Shown piece after piece: positions 38,290 through 54,606 of a stretch of 64,000 nt of DNA; position 1 is the first letter of the stretch, and each line of letters begins with the position of its first letter. The position numbers and the translations under genes are program-made. The DNA comes from the human T2T-CHM13v2.0 reference genome, Homo sapiens. Below the pieces are notes generated by a model. That model saw only the letters and a program-made list of their open reading frames with translations. It searched no databases and was not told the DNA's origin. The DNA is taken from the NCBI RefSeq assembly GCF_009914755.1, contig NC_060944.1. One strand, given 5' to 3'.

Positions 38290-38760
38290 ATTTCAGGCCA
38301 GTTACATAGATTCTGTGTTGAACAAAACTAGATGTGTTTCATTCCTGTCTTTAAGGAGCATAAATCTAATAGGAACAACAGATAATTTTTAAAAAATATA
38401 TCAATGTGTGTAAAATTTCAACAGGAATAAGCCCCAAGGAGGTGTGGTACCTGGGGCTATAAGAGTAGCTAATAGTAGAATTTGGGATAGTCTTGGGGAA
38501 GGAGAGGGCAGAGAAGGCTTCCTGGAGGGGTGATGGTTGCTTTGAGAGAGGAGAGAAAGAACCAGTGTTCTTGGAAAAGAGGGTGGCCTGAGCGAAGGGC
38601 CTGTGGCAGGAGGGAGTGTAGAATTCAAGGAACTGGGAGGAGGTCCTTGTGGCTAGGAATATGCAGAGTAAGGGGAAAAAGGCAAGAAATAAGGCTGGAG
38701 AGTGGGGAGGGCCACAGCACACGAGGCCTTCCCTGCCCACCTTGCCCACATGCCCCAGAC
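38290..38760 (-). mobile_element. L2 fragment (continuation of the L2 that hosts the split Alu)
   Basis: Typical antisense L2 sequence 'gagaaggcttcctggagggg...aagggcctgtggcagg'. Confidence 0.6.
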
Positions 38761-39989
38761 GTACTGAGGAGCTGGATTTGGTCATTGTTCTTATGAGTGC
38801 TGTGTTCCCAGATTTCCCCTTCATAATCTGGCGACATCCACCAGAGCCAGCTCCTGTGTCCCTGATGTGATTACCCCTGACTCCTTCCCCTCCTGACACC
38901 TGCCCCAGGTACTCACACCTCTACCGATGATGCCTCAGCCTGGCCCTTTGGCTTTCTGACCTTGGACCCCTCCCCACTCCCTCTCCACCTCTCTGCTTCC
39001 CACTTCCCTTGTTTCCAGCTGCTCCTTTCCCTGTGAGCCATATTGGTTCCAGCCCCAGCCTCTGCAATAGCTTCCCCAAATGAAATGAATCCGAGGACCA
39101 CGTAGGATGTAAGCCCCGTCACCGTGGTGTTGATTAGTGAATGTCTCTTTACTGTCTATTTCCCCATTCAGTGCCTGTCTCCCCAACCGACTGAAAGCTG
39201 CAAGAGGACAGAGTCCTTCCCAGGGCCCAGCACAAAGCTTAACACGCAGAACATGCACCATAAATGATATCCAACCATGACCTTCCCCTCCCCCAAACTG
39301 CCCCACAGAGCCCAGTCCCACAAAGCCTGAGACAAAGGAGCTGCTTTTCACACAGACAGACACAGACAGACTGATGGACAAGCTGGAGGACCCGGGGACG
39401 GTGAGAAACAGGCTCCAAAAGCATTCTGGCTGCCAGTATTTAACACACAGAGCTATTTTCAGATGCTAGTCACAGACATTTTGAACTGCATTAGAATAAA
39501 CAGAATTCTGAATTATCTTCTCAGCAGTACATGAAAGAACTGTCTATCACCCAAAAGGGAAAGAGAGAATGATGAATTTCTAAGGTAAAAATTCTGGAAG
39601 AGGGAGGAAAAAAATCCAATCCACAGGCGGTTCTGGAATCTTCTCACACAACAGGTGGTCCCCCGCCCTCCAGTCCCCTAACTCCTGTGATTAGGAGAAA
39701 GTGGAAAGCTGTCAGCTAGACTGGGCTCAGGCTGGGTATCTGGGCTCTTGGAAATGTATATTTATTTGCTCATGCTAATGGTCAGCAGGCCAGGATAAAT
39801 GGGGCTGGGGCATTAATGCAGAGCCCTGTAAATCATGCATGAAGGGGAAGACCATGCCCAGCACCGAGGGGCCAGCCAGCCGAGGAGGCTGCATGAAATA
39901 TTCAGCAGCCAGACAGACTCAGGCCTGCTCCAAATCCCCACGTCCAGACCTCTGAGGATGTGATTTTTGCAGAAAGCTTTAAAAGAACC

Positions 39990-40540
39990 TCAAATGCCTT
40001 ATCCTTGTGTTCTCCAAGTCTCCTATCAAAGCTGGTTCTTGCTGAATGGTGTCTCTGTGTTCCGCCTCTGGGGCGTTGGTCATGAGGACCCCACACTGAT
40101 GGTTCCCCTCCCCTGTGCCACTGCAGCACTGCTCACCCATCCGGCCCCGCAGCAGGCTGTAGTTTCCCTCCCTGTCAACCACAGGGCCCTTGTACATACT
40201 TTCCTGTTTCAGGAAGGTCCCTGCCTGGCTCATCTTGCTCTCCTTCTCTTCTTTAGGTCTCAGCTTGGATGCTACCTCTCCAGAGAGGCCTTTGTTGCAC
40301 CACCCACCCCACCCCTAAGTTGGCCTTCTGTGCAGTTCTCTAGCTCTGTCCTCTGTCCTCTTTCATGCCCTATCACAGCTGTGCTCATTTTGGGGGCATG
40401 CTGTCACTGGCTCTTTGCTGTCCTCCTTTACCAGAATTAATCTCCATGCTAGAAGAGGCTCTGTGGGCCCATCCTCGCTGCACTGCAAAGCAGCATCTGG
40501 CATATGGCAGGACTCAGCATAAAGTCAAGGAGTGAAAAAC
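39990..40540 (+). mobile_element. L2 fragment
   Basis: 'taggtctcagcttggatgctacctctccagagaggcc...catctggcatatggcaggactcag' is L2 3'-region-like. Confidence 0.65.
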
Positions 40541-42399
40541 AGGTGCCTCTCAGCAGGCATGAGGTGAGCCTGGAGGTTCATCCCTGGACTCTACATCTCC
40601 TCTGCAGAAAATGTTCTGATCCTTGGATATGATCTTCAGGTTCCCTATCCATGAAGTCTGTACAACCAATAAGCCAGGCAATGATTTGATGAATAGGAAT
40701 AGTAAGGTTTTTTTCCTGATCCATTCTAACTGCAGTAGCCAAGTTAACATATGGCAGTGTGCTTTCTCAGGACAAACAAACAATGATGGATTCATACCCA
40801 AGCTGAGAGGGGCGAACTGTAATGCCATCCAGCTTCCCTCCCAGTACAACAGGGCCCTCTGGCTTTGTGTGGGTGCTTGTGGATAGACACCTCACTTCCT
40901 TCCAAGGTAGCTGGTTCCACTCCCAGCCAACAGCTCAGGCTGCCTCCCAGCCCAGCTATCCTGCAGGTTCCAGCCCCACAGCACGTGTGTCTCTGTGTCC
41001 TCTAGCCAGTAGGCTTCTCCCCCAGAATGCTGGATTTCTTATGGAGATTTTCCTGGATAAGATGAGCAATTGGGCTGACCATTGGACCATGTGTATTGAT
41101 GCAGTTATTGTATGCACCCAGAGATGGAGAGGCCCTGGTGCTTCCATTCTGATGTGCTCTTGGAGAAAGCCATTGAGGAACTGTGGTCAGCAGGTGTTCC
41201 AGGAGTTTCAGCGCCATGGGCTTAGTGGGGCTTCATGGCCCTGTGTATGCATTTCCGTGTCCTGCAGCCAGGGTGTCAGCTCACTGCATTCATTCAATAG
41301 CTCCTGAGTTCCCACTGCATGCCAGGTACTGTGTGTGTGGTGGTGGGGGGTGACTTTTTATCAAGCAAAGTCAAACCACACATGCCCCCTGCCTTTTAAG
41401 AGTTCAAGATCTGTAGCACAGACAGCCATGGGGACTAGGAGCTCCAGCACCGTGAGCTGTAGTGGATGTACACAGAGTGCCCCGTGGGCAGGCACAGGTG
41501 GCAGCTAATTCCAGCCGGGCTGGCTTGGGGATTCCTTATGTGACACCCACTGTAGACCCAGCCTGCAGCTGTTTCCTTCAGTGGTCACCTCCGCCTGATG
41601 AAGGAAGGCCATGCGTTCTCGTGTGAACGGCTGCTCTTTGCTTCTGGTCCAGGCCTGCTCGGACTCCATCTCGCTCATGGCGTGGCTTTGAAATGATGCT
41701 CATCAGGCTCCCTGAGCTGCTCAGGGATAGGCCACTGTGAGAGTTCCGCTTTGATTTTCAAGCAGCTGAGACACCAGAGGCGTGGTGAATCCCCCCAGCC
41801 CTCCCCTCAGAATAAGCTATCTGTCCGGTGAGAATAGTCACTCCTCCTGTTCTTTGAGGACAAGACCAGCAAAAGACTTGAGTCACCATTTCCAAAGAAA
41901 AACAAGGAGAATGCAAATTTCTCGGCTTAAAAATATATACAAAGGGACTGATTCTATATAACTCTCTGGAGTAAGAAGAGCTGTGACTTCCATTGGCTGG
42001 TGCTGTTTAGAGAAGGATCGCTGTGCTGAAGTTGAAAAAGAGTGTATTCAGCTTTGATATTTGGAGAAAGTGTCCCAACCATCATGTATTTCTGCCTGGT
42101 TTTCTTTTAGAATGCACCAGCTGGAGTCGACATTAAAGGGCCCCATTTCCCATTTGCTGCAGAAGATGTTTAATTGGAAGTCTCTCCCTGTCCTTTTGTA
42201 AGCCTCATTTCTGCATATTAGCTTTACACATGAGTTCTGGGGTGACTGGTCAAGACGGGAGTCTGTGTGTAATTAGACCAGACCAAGGAAGAAGCAGGAA
42301 GTTTGCTGGCGGAGAACATGGGAGTCTCTGTATCGCCTTTAATCACTCTTCCTGCTTGGTGTAATGTTCACATGTTGTCTTTCATCACAGCCATGGGGA

Positions 42400-42900
42400 C
42401 AGAGCGCCAGTTCATGCTGTCTCCTCACGGGGCCCTTCGGTCCATCTCCACCCACCACCCAGCCCTCACTGTCATCTGTCTGACCCCATTGGCCTTGCTT
42501 TTCTTTTTGGAACATGATAACCTCCCGCCAGCCGCCCCAGCACAGTCTCAGGACGTTTGCATGTGTCGTGGCCCCTGCACACTGTTTCCTCAGCTCCTGG
42601 CCTGCTTGTTCCCTTCCCATTACCCTTGTCTCTGCTTAAGCATCAGCTCCTCAGAGGTCCTCCTGACCAGCCCATTGCAAGTACCCTTTCCCCTTCCTCC
42701 TTGCGGTTCTGTTGCTCCCTCCACCTTGCAGCTCTGCAGCTTCCCGTGAATGTGATTGTTTACATGCTGACTATCATGTCCCCCACCTGGCTGTTCACCC
42801 CTTGACACCAGCACCAGCTTTCTTTCTGGCTGCGTTGCTGCCTGTGCCTGCAGTGGTGGCTCCGTAAGCATCTGCTGAACAAACGCATGGATGAATGAGC
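42400..42900 (+). mobile_element. L2 fragment
   Basis: 'ccttgcttttctttttggaacatg...ctcaggacgtttgc', ending 'ctgaacaaacgcatggatgaatga'. Confidence 0.7.
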
Positions 42901-42904
42901 CCTT

Positions 42905-43960
<1,056 letters not shown>

Positions 43961-45117
43961 GATGTGAAAGTGGCTTCATACAAATCTGCCACTCAAGCCT
44001 AAATAAGTGCATTCCAGAAGAGCCGCAGCCCCTCTAACAGCTCCTGAGGTGAGGGAAACCCTAGGGATGGGAAGTTGGAGCAGAAAGAGATGGTGGCCTG
44101 AAGTCAACTGCAGTGAAAATCTCTCCCCATCAGCAAGTTTTGCAAAGCTATGGCCACAGGGACACATGACTGGGGCCCCTCCTAGTCTTGGAAGGAGCCC
44201 CCATGGAAATGAGGGCCTCACAGTGAATCCACCTCTGATCCTACTTCACCTGCAGTCAAATGAGAAGAGATTTCAATCAGCTAAAGACACCCTATCCCCT
44301 CTCCCCGACCCCTGCGACCCCAGGAGCTCCTGCCTTGTCACTGTGTCCCCAAACGAACCGCATCTGAATCAAGCCCCTTTCTCTCCCTAGTGGTCAACAT
44401 CTGGGCTGTGATGGGCAGCTCCCACTCTTGCCTTAGAATATGACTGGAGAGGTGACTTCTCATCACATGGAGAATATGTTCACCCCATGGTGCTTTCCAC
44501 CCAAGCTGACCATGGCTTGACTTTTTGGTGTAGTTGCTAGCTCTGTGCCATCCTTGGCAATGTGACCCTGGAGCAGCTGTCCCCAGTGTGCATTTGGGGG
44601 ATTTCATGTAATTATGAATAGGATGCAAATTTTATAGCCCCAGTGAAGGGAAACACCCCTGGCGAGGCTTCCCGGGGCCAGAGAGAGGACTCCACTGAGG
44701 GAGATGGTGGCAGGGCCATTCTTTATGTCCTGCTTTTTTTTTTTTTTTTTTTTTTAACATCCTCTTTATGTCCTGAGAGCCATGTGCAGATGAGGAAAAA
44801 TGACATGCAATGCATTTTTGCCTGCCACAATGACTTTGCAATCATAGCAAGCAAAATGTTCTAAACAGTAAGTGAATCGAGGAAGATATACTGCCAAGTC
44901 AGGAAGAAAAAATCCACCTGTTCAGTGATTTCAGGAACTGCTGAAGAAAATCACCAGTGAGTATCAGTTTCTGCAAGAGAATCTAATGCAGGCTTTGCTT
45001 CTCATCGGAATCCCCCAGCTGGTGTCTTGGTTGACTGAGAGTCTGGGGGAGAGGGCAGAGAATGGATTTATTCTCTGCTAGGTTTTTAACAGTCAAGAAG
45101 GGCTGTGGTCCTAAGGG

Positions 45118-45615
<498 letters not shown>

Positions 45616-46645
45616 GGAAGACCATGGCTGACATATCTTGAGTCTCTGCCTTGGTATCCTTTGCCAAGCAGAGAAATGCACTGTTTATGTTTTTCAGGAG
45701 CTCAGGAAGCAGAATGCAACCCATGCAGATGTAGGGGCTGGATTCTCTCTATGACTGAGTGGGAGTCTCAGCCCCAAGAAATGCCCCGGGTTGGCCCTGA
45801 AATCCACAATGGCTTGCTGGGCTGGAGGCCACCAGCTGATGGGACCCAAGAGAGGAATGAATTATTTATCTGGACTCCTCACAGAGAACAATGCCCTGCA
45901 AATGTCCCCCGCACCATGCTGGGTGGAATTCATAGTCAACCTAACAACCAGCTTAGCATCTTCTCTCCCGGACCTTGCCCCTCCAACCGTATCGAACTTT
46001 GAGGAGCAATTAGGGAATTGCTTGACATCTTCCCTGCGAGCTCTTGGGTCACAAAAGCTAATTAACCTTCCTCTTGCCTTCCAAACTAAGTAACAACCTC
46101 CAGAGCCAAGTCTTCTGGAACAAAACAGGAAGGAAGAAAGAAACTAAGAAAGAAGCACTGTCTCTGATTTTTTTTTTTTAATGAAGGTTAACATATAATT
46201 TTTAAAATGAACTCCATGGAAAGGAGGTTGTGGGGTTCACAACCCCTGGGAGCAGTTCCAGCAGTGCCAGGACGGTCTCAGTGGCAGCCCTCTGCTCATC
46301 TTTGAGGTCTACTTTGCCCAGCAGCTAACTCTTGTAGGTGGAAACATGGTGGCTTCTTGTTCTCTGGGAAGTTCTGGATGGGAACTTGATGTGGGAAGTT
46401 GTGAGGTGCCCTGAACTTGGAGGTGGGGCTCATTGGCACCACAGTGATGGTCCCATCTGTGCCATGTAGACTTGACCAAGCAACTCAAGGTGTCCTTAAT
46501 GTCCCAGACTGAGAGAGAATTTGCCGGCCTCCACCTTGGAATATTGTTGACTTTCAGTGCACGACGCAAGTCCTCTCCTTCAACACTCCTCTCTAAGAAG
46601 ATACACAGTCAAACACTTAAGGACTTGGGCTTGCGGAGGGTGTAG

Positions 46646-47525
<880 letters not shown>

Positions 47526-47812
47526 GACACTCATTTTCAGGATTGATCGCATGGTTTGAGGAAGCTGATGGTGACATCTCTTCTTAAATCTGTTTTCAGG
47601 AAAATCATACTGGTAGCCTTCAAGTGGCCATGGTGGGAGCATTGACCCAGGGAAATCCACATTTCCCAACACATGCTGGATACCTGAGGACTCCAGAGCT
47701 ACTATCTGCTCATATCTGCTCAACATTAAAAAAAAAAAAAAAACCTCACATTGTTAAGTGAAAAGGTTTATTGGCAGATTTGCTTAACTCAATTTGCAAA
47801 GATACCTTAGAC

Positions 47813-48343
<531 letters not shown>

Positions 48344-50372
48344 CTTTAGACTGATGCTTCTCCAATGCTAACGCGCCAGTCACCAAATCACCGGCATCTG
48401 GTCCCAGCCTCCAACCATAAACCACAGCTGAATGGAAACTTGGTAGCGCTTGCCTTCAATAGCAGATGCTGTAAGAGGAAAGCAAGGTGACCAAGAAAAC
48501 ATTGCAAAACTCTGGGCAGAATCTGGGGCCTGAAGACTCTGAGTCAGAGGCCTCTTTTTTTGCTCTAAACACATATTAGCAAGAGTCCAAGAGGCATCAA
48601 AGATGAGTTAGCAGCAAAATGAGGCTTTGTCCTTCATGTAGAAAGGATTAAATGATAGTTGAAAATGCAATAACTTTCACCCTGTGGGATTCAGTGATGT
48701 TCAGTGCTGTGATTATGTCCAACTTCAAATCTTGCTGTCCCAACTGGGACAGCCCAAACATAGGGAGCCACTGCACTAAGATGTTATGATTTATTAAGAT
48801 AATAAAGCTAGCGGGATGACAAATGTTTCATTTTTCCCCCATGTGTTTCCCCCAAAGGACCGTCTGCTTTTGCATGTGATTTGACTATGCGCTGAGGACC
48901 TAGCGTGGTATATCAGCAAAGTGGAAAAGTGACTGAAGTGACTGTTTATCATCTTGTACCAAGTTACACCACTTTAAGCTTTAACTCCACAGCTCTTGCA
49001 TTATTTTAAAACCGTCTGGCAGATCTCTAAAACTAATGGTACAAACCACTCTGTGATACATTAAAATACATCCCACTCTGTCATACTGCAAACAAGTAGC
49101 TGCTCCCCAGTCTTTGAAAAAGTACTTTCAAGATAAAATATGTACTCATGGGTTCTGCAGGTTTTTAAAAAGTCTTGAATCTTCACAGATTTACTGGGGG
49201 GGAAGGGGCGTTTCATGTAAAATGTGTTTTTCCTTGACATTTAGAGGTCTTGCAAAGTGGTTTATTATAGATCTTGTGGACATCTCGCTATTTAATTAAA
49301 TTTCAGAAATATATTCTCTGCACTCATAAGAAGGAATATGAAGAGTGTATTTGTTCACTGTCTATTTATTATTCGTTTTCTGTTTCTAACACAAAATTAT
49401 CAGTTCGAAATAAGTCATCAGAGGCACTTAAAATTTTTCAGGGTCAGAACTCTAATTAACCTCAGCAACTCTGCTTAAAATGTTGAATAATATAAGACAA
49501 GTCCTTACAGGAATCTTTGGTAATATTCAGTCTTGGTGATATATTTACAACTATTTTTTAAAAACTGACCTTCAATGTCTATTTTCAAAAGACGTGAGGG
49601 AATGGAAAGCAGATTGAGAAACAAGTCACTTGTGAGGTCTCATCCAACACATTTCAGTAAATTATTGCTGGATGTAAGCAGCTGAATTTGTAAACGATTT
49701 CATTACCTTACATTTTATAGAGAAAATTAAGAGTAAGTTCACAGTAAATGAACCTCTAGTCTGAAAATAGCTCTTTCTCCTCATTTAAACCTGAAATCAG
49801 AAGGATACAACCCAAATGTGTTCAACCCAACACATTTTGAGATAAATACATTTCACAATTGTCTTATTGGTGGATTTGCTTAACACAATTTGGGTATTTG
49901 TTACCCTCTGATGAATTCAGAGGAGTTTTTCAGAGGATAACATTGCATGTTTGCAAAAAGTTTGCATGTTTGCATGTTGCGTGCAATAAGTTTGCATGCT
50001 CACAATAAGTTTGCGTGTCCTTTAGTGCTATCTTTTATTTTTCTGTTAGGGATTCTAGTTTGCAGTAGAACAATTTCCTCCTGCAGCCTCATTCAAAGTA
50101 CCATCAGGATTCAACCTGTTTCTCTCCATGAGACTGTTTTGCTCCTAACTTATCAGAATAAGAGCTCACGAGATCAGCAGCTGACGGAAATTGTCGGAAC
50201 AGGAGCTGCTGGCACCCGTGTAGAAAGCACAGAAAATATGAACAGTTGGAGGCCCCTCCAGGCAAGTCACCTGGGAAGGCTGGTGACAGGTGAGAGGAAT
50301 TGGCACAGCAGGTAGGAAGGTGGTGGGCAGGCAGGTAGGTGGGCACCTTACCCATTAAGAGCTGGAAACCTT

Positions 50373-50676
<304 letters not shown>

Positions 50677-50837
50677 AGCTGGAAACCTTGAGGGGAGGCA
50701 AGACTGAGAAGGGAGAGCCCAGGGCAGACATTAATGTCCAGTGGGCTGACTGGGTAAGAAGTGAGGAAGTGGAAGCCAGAGCCCAGGGAAAGAGGGGAGG
50801 GAAAGTGCTGATCCCGGGGCCACTGGGCACCAGGCTC

Positions 50838-51310
50838 GTGTTAGTTTCCTGTGTCTCCTGTAAAAAATGACCGCAAGCTCAGTGGCATCAAAGAGTGCGG
50901 ATTTAGTATCTTACAGTTCCAGAAATGGGAAGTGGGAAATGGGCATCCCTGGCTAGAATCAAGGTGTTGTCAGAGCTGTGATCCTCTTGGAGGCCCTGAA
51001 GGAGAATCCGTTTCCTGGCGTCTCTGGCTCTGAGGGGCTGCCCACTTTCCTTGGGTCACAGCCCCACCCTCCATTCCTAAAGCCCGCAACCCTGGGAAGA
51101 GACCTGCTGCTGCTGTCTTCCACTTATAAGGACCCGTGACCACACTGGACGCCCCTAGACAGTCCAGGATATGCTCCTCATCTCCAAAATCAGCTTAACA
51201 AATGGAAACCCTCCTGTAACCCTAAGCCCTCTGTTTCATGTATAGTGACATAGCCACAAGATGTGGTTGTTAGGCTCTAGGTATCTTTGGAGCCATTATT
51301 CCATCTTCTA
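50838..51310 (-). mobile_element. MLT1-type LTR
   Basis: 'gtgttagtttcctgtgtctcctgtaa...cttacagttccag...aatcaaggtgttgtcagagctg'. Confidence 0.75.
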
Positions 51311-51399
51311 TACACCAGTGCAGAACAAAGGCTTATTACTCATGGGGAATTTGCAAGATCTGGTACCAAACAGGATGTGGCTGGAGGCACAATTGACCC

Positions 51400-52010
51400 T
51401 TGGTTCTGCTGTGTCACACACCACCTGCAAATCTAGTGTCATAAAACAACTGTTTTGTTATGTGCACAGAATCTCTGGGTCAAGAATTCAGCCAGAGTGT
51501 GGCAGGGACACTGTGTTTCTTCTCCATGAGATCTGAGGCCTCAGCTAGGAAGATTCACACATGGGGGTGGCTCCATGGCTGGGGGCTGGAGACGTCTGAA
51601 GTTACCTTGTCTGTGTGTCTGGTAGTGGATGCTGGCTATTGCCTGGGACCTTGATGGGAATTTCTGGCTCGCAGCTGGGACAGCTACAGCCAGCCTTTCC
51701 ACCTGGCCTTGGTGTCCTCACAATATGGCCACTTCTGGGAAGTGGAGCTTCCGGTGCCATGGCTGAGGGCTCCAAAGGCCTCCAGCCACAGAGGTGGAAT
51801 CCGCATTGCCTCAGAGGTCACACCACAGCATTTCTGCCACAATCTGTTGGTTTTAAGAAAGTTACCATCCCATCCCCTCCACCTCCCTAATTCACAGTGA
51901 GGAATATTAGATTTCATCTCCTAATGAAGGAGTGGCATGGACTGAGAAGAGCCTGCAGGATGGGAGAGCCTGAGGCATCCGTCTTCAGAAAAACAATCCG
52001 CCACTTTCTT
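51400..52010 (-). mobile_element. Older MLT1-type LTR
   Basis: 'aaaacaac...cacagaatctctgggtcaagaattcagccag' is an MLT1-like signature. Confidence 0.65.
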
Positions 52011-52076
52011 TTAGGATCCTGGCAAGGCCAGTCCTCAGCAGGAATGCAGTGGTGGTTTCCAGCTCAACCCTTATTC

Positions 52077-52258
52077 TGGGGTTGCCAGATGTAGCAAGGA
52101 AAACTACAAGACATCCAGTTAAATTTGAATTTCATATGAACAATGATTTAAAGTATAATTATGCCCATGTGATATTTGGGATATACTTATGCTAAAAATT
52201 TTGTTTATCTGACGTTCAATTTTCACTGGGCTTTTTTACATTGTATCAGGCAACCCTA
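52077..52258. mobile_element. MER53 palindromic DNA transposon (MITE-like)
   Basis: TIRs GGGTTGCCAGAT ... ATCAGGCAACCC. Internal inverted arms 'ccagttaaatttgaatttca' / 'tgacgttcaattttcactgg'. Confidence 0.9.
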
Positions 52259-53019
52259 CTCCATGCAGAATGCCCATTTAAAAATATGTTGATCATCATC
52301 CCTGGACATGAGGGAGGAGAAAGAGTAACAAGGAGGCAGCTTTTAAGAGGAAACTCCTGCAGAGGGAGGCCAAAAGACCCAGACCCCAGGTGGTTAAACT
52401 TGTTTATTCCTTGGCCCACTTCCTCAGAGCCAATGTGATCCATTTCCACTTTCCACAGTCTGTAAAAATACCTCCCAGCCTTCTGGTAATTAATGGGAAG
52501 TATAGAACCTAATCTTCTGATGAGCTTTCAATTAGCCTGTGTCTAATTTTCAAATGCTCATGAATAAATGATTAACTCGGATCAGAAACAAAAATCAAAG
52601 AGCTCACCTGCTTATAAACAGAACAGTTTGAGAGATCACCTCATCATCATTTTCATAGACTGCACCATCATTGCCTTCCTTATGACCCAGAAAACAAGAA
52701 TCGTCAGCCTTTACTGAGCATATTCTCTGGCAGACACCATCATGGGTTCCTTAGTCTCTTGAAAAACTCACTGGCTAGTTTCTATTATTTTCTGAACTAC
52801 ACAAACCAGCAGATGGGTGGGTGACCAGCCCAAGGTCCCACAGCCAGAAAGCAGCAGAGCAGGAAGGATTCAGTCTGGGTCCCCCAGCCCAGGTCCTTAG
52901 ATCTTCCATAGGAAGCACTTTTGTCCCTACGTTTCTTCAAGAGCATAGCCTTTTTGCCTTGTGAGGTTAGAAAAGTGAACTAGTGTGCACTAGCATTGGG
53001 GTGAATAGGTCCCTCTGGC

Positions 53020-53490
53020 TGCTACAGTGCCATGAATATTGTCCCCCCAAATATGTCTTGAGTCCTAATCCCTGGTAATCCTGAACGTGACCTTGTTTTG
53101 GAAATAGGACCTTTGAAGATGCCATCAAGGGCCTCCAGATGAGATCATCCTGGATTTAGAGTGAGACGTAATCTCTTTAGGGCTTTAGGTCTCTTTGCTG
53201 TCCTTATAAGAGAAAGGAGGGGACGTTTAGAGGCGCTGACAGAGAAGAAAGCCATGTGAACACGGAGGCAGATTGGAGTGATATTTCTACAGGTCAAGGA
53301 ATGCCAAGGTTTGCTGGCAGCCACCAGCACCCAGGAACGAGCCATGGAAGGGATATTCCCTCAAAGCCCCCAGAAGGAACCAACCCTGGTTTCAGATTCC
53401 TGGCCCCCAGAACTGCAAGGCCATGGATTTCTGTTGTTGTTAAGCCATCGGCCTTGTGGCCCTTTGTCACGGTAGCCACAGGAACACGGA
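53020..53490 (+). mobile_element. MLT1C-like LTR
   Basis: 'gaacgtgaccttgttttggaaataggacctttgaagatg...gccaagg..tgctggcagccaccag...tttgtcacggtagccacaggaac'. Confidence 0.85.
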
Positions 53491-54606
53491 GACTGTCCCT
53501 CTCTCAGGCCTACCAGCTGCTCTGCTCCATCCCTATCATCCCCAAAACCAAAGCCCCCATGTTTCTTTTCATCACAGAAAACACACTGCTTTAGCTTCTC
53601 CTCCTTGTATGTGAGATGCAAATGGTGATTTGTGATTCTGTGTGTGCCTCTGCCTGCCCACCTGGTGCTGGGGAAAAAACAAATCGTGTCACCAGCACCC
53701 CTACTGGGGTCTTCAGAGGGAAACTTAGAGTAACATGAAGGCTTTGTGCTTTTCTTAGTCACATAATAAAAATTACAGTTTTTATAACTCGAGTGACTAA
53801 AACACTTAAATCACCTCCAGGAGTGAGCCGGCCAGCCACTTGTCAGTGTGGCTCCTGAGAGAAAGCTGAAGGGGGCATGTGTCTGGAAGGATGAGAAATC
53901 ACTTGCTAAGTAAGAAGCTCACTGAGTTTAAACCAAAACTCAGCACCTCTGGTTTTAGGCAAACTTTTCAAAGTCTTACAGTTCCTGTTTTCCTGTGTGC
54001 AAATACCCCTAGGAAAGGGTGGAAGCAGAACTGAATTTTGCTGGTTTGCTTCTTTCTTAGGGTAAATTCTGCTATGTCTCCTCCAGCCCTGACCAAACTT
54101 CAAATATGAGGAAAATAAACATTGTCATATATCAACCGGCCAGTTCCCAGCAATTCCTGCCTGCGTGCCCGTGCAAGGGGAGGTCTGGTGCTGCCTCCTG
54201 TAGTAACTACCTGTGGAGCCAGCTGAACTCATTTTCCCCTGAACTTCAGAAAGTGCCAGAATCACCCCAGAGCACTTGAGTACTTGCCCTGTGAAGACAG
54301 CAAGGAAATGGGAGAGGATTTGAAGGATTTGCTTAAGAGCGGCTTTGAAGTCCTCCAACAGGGCGAGAGAGCCAGCTCAGCACAGACCCAGCCTAGAGAA
54401 GGAGCATTTTTCTAGTGGGCTCATCTTTAATTTGCAACTATGGCACAAAGGAAGGAGCAGCTGTGGAGACCAGGGCATTGGTGAAATGAAAGCATATTGT
54501 TTCCCTCCATCTTCCCCACCCTGGGGAGGCCAGGGTTTCTCCAAGGCAGACACTCTCTAAGTGAAATCTATGGAATTTTGGAAACAAGATAAAAGACATA
54601 CTCGAC

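Noticed and set aside
44733-44756. Isolated poly-T run suggesting a retrocopy tail
   Set aside because: No TSD or recognisable processed transcript next to it. Treated as a mononucleotide microsatellite.
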